NCBI RefSeq assembly: GCF_000482745.1
Contig: NZ_AXWQ01000013.1
Location: 51,279-75,278, forward strand
DNA: 24,000 bases
Direction of reading: 5' to 3'
From: Oleidesulfovibrio alaskensis DSM 16109
Lineage (GTDB): Bacteria; Desulfobacterota; Desulfovibrionia; Desulfovibrionales; Desulfovibrionaceae
Program-made: the position numbers and the translations under genes
Notes under the pieces: generated by a model
Seen by the model: the letters and a program-made list of their open reading frames with translations, nothing else
Told to the model about the DNA's origin: nothing
Databases searched by the model: none
In this document: positions 7,765 to 14,692 of the stretch, piece by piece
Position numbering within the stretch: the first letter of the stretch is position 1
How the letters are laid out: every line of letters starts with the position of its first letter

Positions 7765-8796
7765 TCAGCCGTCCAGAATGTCTCCCGCCGGCAGACGGTG
7801 AACAGTGCCGCTCTCATCTTCCAGCAGCAGCCAGCCGTTGTCATCCACATCGCGGACTTTTCCCGTCAGCACGGCATCCCCCCTGCCCAGCCGTATACTG
7901 CTGCCGGTTATGCCCGCCAGCTGCTTCCACCGGGCCACCACCGCGGCACCGCCGCCGCTGCGGAACAGTTCATAAGCTTCTTCCAGCGCTTCAAGAACCG
8001 CGCGGGCCACTCCCGCACGGGGCAACTGCGGCTGCTCCGTACCGTGGTGCGCCTCAAGCGCCCCGCGCAGCGAAACAGCCCGCATACCATCCCTCTCCAG
8101 CTCGGAACAGACGGTATTCACGTTGATGCCTATGCCCGCAACGGCATAGTCCAGCGCATCGACAACCAGTCCTGCTTCAATAAGCACACCGCTCAGCTTG
8201 CGGCCATGCACAAGCACATCGTTGGGCCATTTGGGCATTGCAGGCAGACCCGTAAGCCCGCGCACCGCCCCCACCACGGCAACCACAGTCATCAGGGTCA
8301 GCACGGGCACCTGCTGCGGGGCGCACTGCGGGCGCAGCACCACAGACATATACACCCCCCCGCGGGGCGAAAGCCATGTCCGGCCCTGCCGCCCGCGCCC
8401 CGCCGTCTGGCAGTCGGCCAGCACCACAGACCCTTCTGGTGCTCCGCGCTCCGCCAGCACCCGGGCCTCCATGTTGGTTGACGGCACGGACTCCATGTGC
8501 AGCACCGTGCCCCGCCCCAAAAGCCGGGTTCCCAGACCGTGGCATACCGCTGCAGGATGCAGGCTGTCCGCATCGCCTCCCAGCCGGTACCCCCGCCTGG
8601 TCATGGCCTCCACAGGGTACCCTGCGTCGCGGATAAGCCGCATGTGCTTGGAAACGGCAGCACGCGACATTCCCAGAATCCGGCTCAGTTCCTCACCGGA
8701 AACCCAGTTGCCGTCATGCTTTCGCAGCACTTCCAGTATGGCACCGCGTACAGCGCCGCCTTTTCCCTGTTCCTGAAAAGCCAATTGTAAACCCAT
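7765..8796 (-). CDS. birA: Bifunctional biotin--[acetyl-CoA-carboxylase] ligase / biotin operon repressor
   Basis: N-terminal winged HTH (GEELSRILGMSRAAVSKHMRLIRDAGY) and the GRGRQGRTW biotin-binding loop. There is no obvious SD before the ATG at 8796, so the exact start is somewhat uncertain. Confidence 0.9.
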   Translation of the reverse strand: MGLQLAFQEQGKGGAVRGAILEVLRKHDGNWVSGEELSRILGMSRAAVSKHMRLIRDAGYPVEAMTRRGYRLGGDADSLHPAAVCHGLGTRLLGRGTVLHMESVPSTNMEARVLAERGAPEGSVVLADCQTAGRGRQGRTWLSPRGGVYMSVVLRPQCAPQQVPVLTLMTVVAVVGAVRGLTGLPAMPKWPNDVLVHGRKLSGVLIEAGLVVDALDYAVAGIGINVNTVCSELERDGMRAVSLRGALEAHHGTEQPQLPRAGVARAVLEALEEAYELFRSGGGAAVVARWKQLAGITGSSIRLGRGDAVLTGKVRDVDDNGWLLLEDESGTVHRLPAGDILDG

Positions 8797-8817
8797 TTGA
8801 ACTTAAAAAGTTGACAA
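8785..8817. promoter_or_regulatory. Candidate BirA operator (bioO-like): TTGTAAACC-N15-AGTTGACAA
   Basis: The left half matches the E. coli bioO half-site TTGTAAACC 9/9. The right half matches GGTTTACAA 7/9. It lies in the divergent birA/bioB region, overlaps birA codons 1-4, and contains a TTGACA hexamer. Confidence 0.55.
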
Positions 8818-8904
8818 TAAGCCGTCACGCAGGCTAGGAGTCGGCCGTTGACCGCGCCGGGCGGTCTTTCCTGACATGCTGCCACGCTGCAAGGATACAC
8901 GCCC

Positions 8905-9879
8905 ATGACCATAAACCCTGACGACCTGTGCCGCCGCATTATGGCGGACCCTGAAGCCTGTGCCACGGAAGATGAGGCACTGCGGCTTCTGGAACTGCCC
9001 GCCGAGCAGACTCTGCCGCTTATCGCCTGTGCCCAGCGCATACGCACGGCACATGCCGGACCGGCGTTCACCTGTGCCATTGTCAACGCCCGTTCCGGAC
9101 GCTGCCCCGAAAACTGTTCATTCTGCGCACAGTCGGCCCATTATGCCACAGGTGCGCCCGAACACCCCATGCTGAACACCGCCGCACTGGTGGAGCACGC
9201 CCTGAAGCTGGCCGACGCCGGTGCGGACAGATTCGGCATTGTGACCAGCGGCACACGCCCCGCCCCCCGCGAACTGGAAACAGTATGCGAAGCCGTGGTC
9301 CGCATACGGGCGCGCACGCACCTTTCGCCCTGCGCATCACTGGGCCAGCTCAGCCCGCAGGCAGCTGCAATGCTGCGGCAGGCGGGACTGGAGCGCTACC
9401 ACCATAATCTGGAAACCGCACGCAGTTTCTTTGCATCGGTATGCACAACGCATGACTACGACGAAGACATATATACCGTCAAACTGGCGCGCGAGGCCGG
9501 ACTGGCTGTGTGCTGCGGAGGCATACTGGGGCTGGGCGAAAGCCGCGCGCAACGGGCGGAGCTTTCCGGTCAGATAAAACGGTGCAGGGCAGATTCGGTG
9601 CCGGTCAACCTGCTGACCCCTGTGGCAGGCACGCCGCTGGAGCGCATGGATCCGCTGCCGCCGTTTGAAGCGCTGCGCACCATAGCCGTATTCAGATTCA
9701 TGCATCCGCAGGCCGACATACTGGTGGCCGGAGGCCGCGAACATGTGCTGGGCGAATACCGTTCGTGGACATTCATCAGCGGCGCCAACGGGCTGATGGT
9801 GGGCAATTATCTGACAACCGCGGGCCGCAGCACCGCTGACGACTACACCATGCTGCGCCATATGGGAGTACTCCGATGA
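8905..9879 (+). CDS. bioB: Biotin synthase (radical SAM)
   Basis: CPENCSFCAQS radical-SAM CxxxCxxC motif, with length and overall pattern typical of BioB. Confidence 0.95.
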   Translation: MTINPDDLCRRIMADPEACATEDEALRLLELPAEQTLPLIACAQRIRTAHAGPAFTCAIVNARSGRCPENCSFCAQSAHYATGAPEHPMLNTAALVEHALKLADAGADRFGIVTSGTRPAPRELETVCEAVVRIRARTHLSPCASLGQLSPQAAAMLRQAGLERYHHNLETARSFFASVCTTHDYDEDIYTVKLAREAGLAVCCGGILGLGESRAQRAELSGQIKRCRADSVPVNLLTPVAGTPLERMDPLPPFEALRTIAVFRFMHPQADILVAGGREHVLGEYRSWTFISGANGLMVGNYLTTAGRSTADDYTMLRHMGVLR

Positions 9880-11255
9880 ACGCACTTCAACCCGACACGG
9901 AACGGCTGCGCGCACTGGACGCGGCCCATGTATGGCACCCCTTCACCCAGATGGCGACGTGGCACGAAGACGCGCCGCTGATAATCGAAAAAGCCCGCGG
10001 CAACTGGCTGGTGGATACCGACGGCAACCGCTATCTGGACGGGGTTTCTTCGCTGTGGACCAACGTGCACGGCCACAGACACCCGCATATTGATGCGGCC
10101 ATACGCGCCCAGCTGGACAACGTGGCACATTCCACGCTGCTGGGTCTATCGAGCCGCCCTGCCATTGAGCTTGCGGCCATGCTGGCCCGGATAGCCCCGC
10201 AGGGACTGAACCGCGTCTTCTATTCCGACAGCGGCTCCACTGCGGTGGAAGTGGCGCTGAAGATAGCCTACCAGTACCAGAAGCAACGCGGCCCCGCCGG
10301 AGAAGGTCGCAGCAAGTTTTTATGCCTGCGGGGAGCGTACCACGGCGACACCGTGGGGGCCGTTTCGCTGGGCGGCATAGACCTGTTTCATGCCGTGTAC
10401 GGCGGGCTGCTGTTTGAAACCGTACGGGCCGAGGCACCGTACTGCTACCGGTGCCCCTTCGGCCGGCAGAAAGAATCATGCCGCCACGAGTGCTTCACCC
10501 ATCTGGAAGAAACGGCCACACGCCACGCGCCGGAACTGGCCGCCATGGTCATAGAGCCGCTGGTTCAGGGTGCCGCCGGTCAGATAACACACCCCGACGG
10601 TTATCTGGCCCACGCCCGCGCCCTGTGCGACAGGCTCGGTATTCTGCTTATCGCCGACGAAGTGGCCGTGGGTTTCGGCAAAACCGGAACCATGTTTGCC
10701 TGCGAACAGGAAAAAGTGGCTCCCGACCTGCTGTGTCTGGCCAAAGGCATTTCCGGCGGATATCTGCCGCTGGCAGCCACCATGGTGACCGACGCCGTAT
10801 ACGAGGCTTTTTTGGGCGACCACGCGCAATGCCGCACGTTTTTCCACGGGCACACCTATACCGGTAATGCGCTGGCATGTGCCGCAGGCATAGCCAGCCT
10901 GCAGCTTTTCCGCACCGAAAGCACACTGGAGCGGCTGCAGCATATCATCACCATATACGATGCACTGCTGCGGCAGCTGGAAACACTGCCCCATGTGGGC
11001 GATATCCGCCGCAGGGGCATCATGACCGGCATAGAGCTGGTGGAAGACCGCGCCACACGCCGTCCGTATCCTTTTGCCCTGCGCACCGCGCACAAGGTGG
11101 TGCTGGCAGCACGCAGGAGAGGAGTTATCATCCGGCCGCTGGGCGACGTGCTGGTGCTCATGCCGCCCCTGAGCATCACCGCGCAGGAGTGCGGCCTGCT
11201 GGTCGAAGCCACGGCGGAAGCCATACAGGAAGTGACCGGAGGCCCCCGTGTCTGA
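9876..11255 (+). CDS. bioA: Adenosylmethionine-8-amino-7-oxononanoate aminotransferase
   Basis: Class-III aminotransferase with DEVAVGFGKTG (PLP lysine). N-terminus WHPFTQM. ATGA overlap with the bioB stop. Confidence 0.95.
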   Translation: MNALQPDTERLRALDAAHVWHPFTQMATWHEDAPLIIEKARGNWLVDTDGNRYLDGVSSLWTNVHGHRHPHIDAAIRAQLDNVAHSTLLGLSSRPAIELAAMLARIAPQGLNRVFYSDSGSTAVEVALKIAYQYQKQRGPAGEGRSKFLCLRGAYHGDTVGAVSLGGIDLFHAVYGGLLFETVRAEAPYCYRCPFGRQKESCRHECFTHLEETATRHAPELAAMVIEPLVQGAAGQITHPDGYLAHARALCDRLGILLIADEVAVGFGKTGTMFACEQEKVAPDLLCLAKGISGGYLPLAATMVTDAVYEAFLGDHAQCRTFFHGHTYTGNALACAAGIASLQLFRTESTLERLQHIITIYDALLRQLETLPHVGDIRRRGIMTGIELVEDRATRRPYPFALRTAHKVVLAARRRGVIIRPLGDVLVLMPPLSITAQECGLLVEATAEAIQEVTGGPRV

Positions 11256-11703
11256 AAAAAATATGCCTGAAAAAACTGTGTCTGAGCGGGACGGGGAAAG
11301 TTCGGACGCCCCCCGTGATACCGCCATGTCCGGCGCGCAAAAACACCCCGCAGAAAAAATGGGCCGGAAAAGCTCCGCGGCTGTTCCCGCCGCCCGTACC
11401 GCTTCCGTCTTCTGCTGTTTTCCTGCGGATGATCCTGTCTACGCAGAGCATTTTCCCGGTGCGCCCTGTGTGCCCGGCTCGCTGCTCATGCAGGCGTTTA
11501 TCCGCGCCGCGGAACAGATGACCGGCCCTGCACCGGACGCGGGACAATGGACATTCACGGGGGTACGCTTCCGGAAGTTTGTGCCGCCCGGCACTCACGT
11601 CTGCACGGTCAGCGCAGTCACGGACGGCAGCGGCAGCGCATACCGGTGCACCCTGCTTGTGGACGGCGTCGCCGCCGTCACAGGAACCATACAATGCGCC
11701 TAA
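11248..11703 (+). CDS. FabZ-like 3-hydroxyacyl-ACP dehydratase homolog (hotdog fold), atypical
   Basis: DDPVYAEHFPGAPCVPGSLLMQAF aligns with E. coli FabZ [24 protein letters not shown], and VRFRKFVPPG aligns with ARFKRPVVPG. The start is uncertain: GTG 11248 (overlapping the bioA stop), ATG 11263, or a later Met. The first ~45 residues are low complexity. Confidence 0.7.
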   Translation: MSEKNMPEKTVSERDGESSDAPRDTAMSGAQKHPAEKMGRKSSAAVPAARTASVFCCFPADDPVYAEHFPGAPCVPGSLLMQAFIRAAEQMTGPAPDAGQWTFTGVRFRKFVPPGTHVCTVSAVTDGSGSAYRCTLLVDGVAAVTGTIQCA

Positions 11704-12449
11704 GCCATACCCGCGGATGTGTACTGGTGGCGGGCGGCGGCAGCGCGCTGGGCACCGCTTCGGCCACGCTGCTGGCCCGTGCGGGCGTACCGCTGTGCCT
11801 GACGGCAGGCAGCGCAGAGGCAGCCGCCCGCATACACAACGCTTTCAGCGCAGCGCACCTATCCTGCCCGCCGGTACTCATCGTGCGCATGGAAGACACA
11901 GCCCGCGCCGATGCCCTGCCGGAACAGGCGGCAGCAGCCGCAGGCATGCCCGCGGCATATCTGCTGGACCTGATGCATACGGATCATGAAAGCCTGCTGG
12001 CATCGGCATCACCGGACACAATCAGCGCATACATAGAAGCCAATATAACATGGCGTGCCCGTCTGGTGCGTGCGGTCAGCCGCCATATGCTGCACCGCCG
12101 CTGCGGCCGCATGGTTTTTGTCTCGTCAACGGCTGCGGCGCTGCCCGCCGCCGGACAGGGACTGTATGCCGCGGCAAAACTGGCTGCCGAAGCCCTGTAC
12201 CGCAGCACCGGTACAGAACTGGCCGCACGGGGCATCACAACATGCTCGCTGCGTCTCGGATATGTGGCTGCAGGGCGCGGAGCCCGCTATCTGAAGCAGC
12301 ATCCGGACCTGCTGCAGCGCATTCCGCTGCAACGGGCGGTGGACGTGCACGAGGCTGCCGGAGCACTGGCGTTCCTTCTCAGCGACGAAGCCGCCGCCAT
12401 CAACGCCACCGCCATCACCATGGACGGCGGTCTGACCGCCTGCAAATAA
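11694..12449 (+). CDS. SDR-family 3-oxoacyl-ACP reductase (FabG-like)
   Basis: Gly-rich NAD(P) loop VLVAGGGSALG, catalytic Ser (VFVSSTAA) and YAAAK (YxxxK), and C-terminus MDGGL. The ATG at 11694 overlaps the preceding stop by 10 nt. The start is trimmed from 11547. Confidence 0.8.
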   Translation: MRLSHTRGCVLVAGGGSALGTASATLLARAGVPLCLTAGSAEAAARIHNAFSAAHLSCPPVLIVRMEDTARADALPEQAAAAAGMPAAYLLDLMHTDHESLLASASPDTISAYIEANITWRARLVRAVSRHMLHRRCGRMVFVSSTAAALPAAGQGLYAAAKLAAEALYRSTGTELAARGITTCSLRLGYVAAGRGARYLKQHPDLLQRIPLQRAVDVHEAAGALAFLLSDEAAAINATAITMDGGLTACK

Positions 12450-12463
12450 AAGGAGACCACAGC

Positions 12464-12886
12464 ATGACTCAGCAGACCGCCCCCTGCGCCGTGACAGAAC
12501 GGGTCATCGGCATCATCGCGGAAGTTCTCGATATTCCGCCGCACACCATCACTCCGGAAACCCGCGTATTACGCGATCTTGAAACCGAATCCATCGATCT
12601 GCTCGAATTCGGCGTGGGGCTCAATGCGGCATTCGGCATACCGGTCGCCGACGACACGGTGTTTCTCACCTCACTGCGCGTGCACCTTGAAGAAGCCCGG
12701 CATGCAGATGCTGACCCGTACAAAATGATGGCAGGACGGTATCCTCACCTGAGCTGCGACCGCGTGGCCTGCATACTCCGCACACTGGATGATGGGCCCG
12801 TGCTGAGCGTACAGGATATTGCGGATTACGTGCTGCACGCCCTGCGCGCCGGACAGCATGAAAAGGCTCCGAGCCATGCAGGCTGA
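12464..12886 (+). CDS. Acyl carrier protein with a ~60-aa C-terminal extension
   Basis: LRDLETESIDLLEF resembles the ACP DSLD phosphopantetheine-attachment motif (Ser in ESID). AAGGAG RBS 7 nt upstream. 140 aa against about 78 aa for a canonical ACP. The start is trimmed from 12050. Confidence 0.75.
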   Translation: MTQQTAPCAVTERVIGIIAEVLDIPPHTITPETRVLRDLETESIDLLEFGVGLNAAFGIPVADDTVFLTSLRVHLEEARHADADPYKMMAGRYPHLSCDRVACILRTLDDGPVLSVQDIADYVLHALRAGQHEKAPSHAG

Positions 12887-14186
12887 ACGCAGGGTGGTCA
12901 TCACCGGCGCCGGTGCCGTCACCCCGCTGGGGCATACACCGCAGGACATCCGGCAGTCGGTGATGACCGGCCGCACCGTATTTGAACCTACTTCCGTGCC
13001 GGCGGGGTATGCACAGGCACCGGCGCAGTTCGATGCCGACGATGCACTGCGGGGCTGGCGGCACCGGCGCTATCTTAACCGCGGTGCGGCCATGGCCGTG
13101 CATGCCGCACGTCAGGCTGCCGGTGCTGCCGGTTTTGCTGCGGGTCTGCCCGGATACTGCGGAATATTCGCCGGAAGCGGTCCGCATCTGGATATGGACA
13201 GCGACTACGCACAGCCGCAGCATCTTCCGCAACGGCATGATACGCTTTGTGCCTTATGGATGCTGCGCTATCTGCCCAACACGGCAGCTTCGGCCATCAG
13301 CCAGTTGCTGGGCGCCCGCGGCGAAAGTCTGGTGACCGGTACTGCCTGCGCGGCCTCGCTGCAGGCAGTGGGAGAGGCCTTCCGCCGCATCCGCCACGGG
13401 GTACTGCCTGTGGCGCTGGCCGGCGGAGGCGATTCGCGCCTGTCATACGGCGGCCTTTTGGCCTATGCCAAGGCGGGCGCACTGGCTCCGTGTTCTGAAG
13501 ACACTCATGCCGCAGCAGCAGCGGCATGCAGGCCCTTTGACACCGGTCGGCAGGGATTTGCCGCAGGTGAAGGAGCCGCTTTTTTTGTACTGGAATCGCT
13601 GGACCATGCGCAAAAACGCGGCGCTGTTCCGCTGGCTGAAGTATGCGGATACGGCTGCAGCATGGACGGCCACGCCATGACCGCACCGCACCCGCAGGGC
13701 ATGCACGCGGAACAGGCTGTCAGAACCGCTCTGCACGAAGCAGGGGCCGGACCGGCCGATGTGACCGCCGTCTGTGCACACGGTACGGGCACGCTGCGCA
13801 ACGACACCGCCGAATCAGTCATGCTCACGCGGCTTTTTGCCCCGACCGGACACCGGCCGCCGGTTCTTGCCCTCAAATCATGGACAGGACACTGCGCCTC
13901 TGCCTGCGGTGCCGTGGAACTGGCCGTACTGCTGGCCTGTGCCCGGCACGGTTTTCTGCCCCCCGTGCGCAACCTGCAGGCTCCGCTGTGCGACAGTCTC
14001 TCGTTTGTCCGCCGCATTCAGCCGTGCACCGCTGCAGAGCTGTACGCTGCCGGACGTCCGGAAAAGCTTTCCGCCCTGACGCTTCTGCAGAGCTTCGGGT
14101 TCGGCGGCCAGAACGCCGCGCTGGCGGTACGTCCCTTCCGCGCATCAACCGCCGCGGCAATACAGGATGACAATATACCGGCATGA
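12876..14186 (+). CDS. Beta-ketoacyl-ACP synthase, KAS I/II type (Cys-His-His)
   Basis: RRVVITGAGAVTPLG; active-site Cys in GTACAAS; His in CAHGTGT; Lys/His in LKSWTGH; C-terminus SFGFGGQNAAL. The start is ATG 12876 (11-nt overlap with the ACP stop) or ATG 12858. Confidence 0.85.
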   Translation: MQAERRVVITGAGAVTPLGHTPQDIRQSVMTGRTVFEPTSVPAGYAQAPAQFDADDALRGWRHRRYLNRGAAMAVHAARQAAGAAGFAAGLPGYCGIFAGSGPHLDMDSDYAQPQHLPQRHDTLCALWMLRYLPNTAASAISQLLGARGESLVTGTACAASLQAVGEAFRRIRHGVLPVALAGGGDSRLSYGGLLAYAKAGALAPCSEDTHAAAAAACRPFDTGRQGFAAGEGAAFFVLESLDHAQKRGAVPLAEVCGYGCSMDGHAMTAPHPQGMHAEQAVRTALHEAGAGPADVTAVCAHGTGTLRNDTAESVMLTRLFAPTGHRPPVLALKSWTGHCASACGAVELAVLLACARHGFLPPVRNLQAPLCDSLSFVRRIQPCTAAELYAAGRPEKLSALTLLQSFGFGGQNAALAVRPFRASTAAAIQDDNIPA

Positions 14187-14692
14187 AACATAAAAACACT
14201 ATCACGCTGCGCTGCAACGCCGCTCCGGCGCCGGAAACGCTCCATACGCCGGCCACGGCCCTGTTCGTTGTACCCGCCGCGGTAAGTGCGGTCTGCAGCA
14301 GCAGCATACGGGGGACAGTACGCGGGGGCGGGCATTCCGGCGAGCCATGGTTCATGACTGAAGCACTGGCCCAGTTTGCCGCGCTGCACACCCGCTGGCT
14401 GTGCGGTTTTTCCTGCCACGCATTTCTGCTCTCGGTACGGCGCATGCCCCATATACGCCTTTCTGCCGCCGACCTGCCCGCAGGGGCAACCGCACCGGTG
14501 CATGTGCTGCTGACATCACGCACCGGTTCGGACAGCAGGCACGCATTTGAATACACCGTGCAAATGCAGCTGGGTGCCCGCACCGTGCAGGGAATACTGC
14601 TTACCGGCACCCTGCCCTATGACGACAGATTTTCAGCTGACCGGCTGCAGAAGCGTTACAGGGAGCTTTTCGCATGGCTTACGCGGCATTGA
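14183..14692 (+). CDS. Hypothetical protein, possible divergent hotdog-fold partner of the FabZ-like protein
   Basis: ATGA overlap with the KAS stop and a 19-nt overlap with bioF. The only recognisable element is FMTEALAQFAAL, resembling the FabZ central-helix motif LEAMAQ. The fold assignment is a guess. Confidence 0.45.
   Translation: MKHKNTITLRCNAAPAPETLHTPATALFVVPAAVSAVCSSSIRGTVRGGGHSGEPWFMTEALAQFAALHTRWLCGFSCHAFLLSVRRMPHIRLSAADLPAGATAPVHVLLTSRTGSDSRHAFEYTVQMQLGARTVQGILLTGTLPYDDRFSADRLQKRYRELFAWLTRH

Noticed and set aside
12050-12463. N-terminal extensions offered by the ORF track: 12050 for the ACP, 11547 for the SDR, 15438 for bioD, 12819 for the KS, 2216 for the thioesterase, 6957 for the RHH-like ORF, 20123 for FKBP, 23007 for feoB, 1418 for crp, 18805 for M20
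   Set aside because: The extensions overlap the preceding gene in another frame, are Arg/Pro-rich, and lack an RBS. Internal ATGs with Shine-Dalgarno sequences coincide with the start of family homology.
11248-14692. Reading the DH-KR-ACP-KS-DH' set as an aryl-polyene or other secondary-metabolite lipid cluster
   Set aside because: It has a superficially similar parts list. However, the genes are embedded by overlapping codons between bioA and bioF, behind a BirA-type operator. No second KS/CLF, adenylating enzyme, acyltransferase or exporter is present. A biotin-precursor role is the more parsimonious reading, though not proven.
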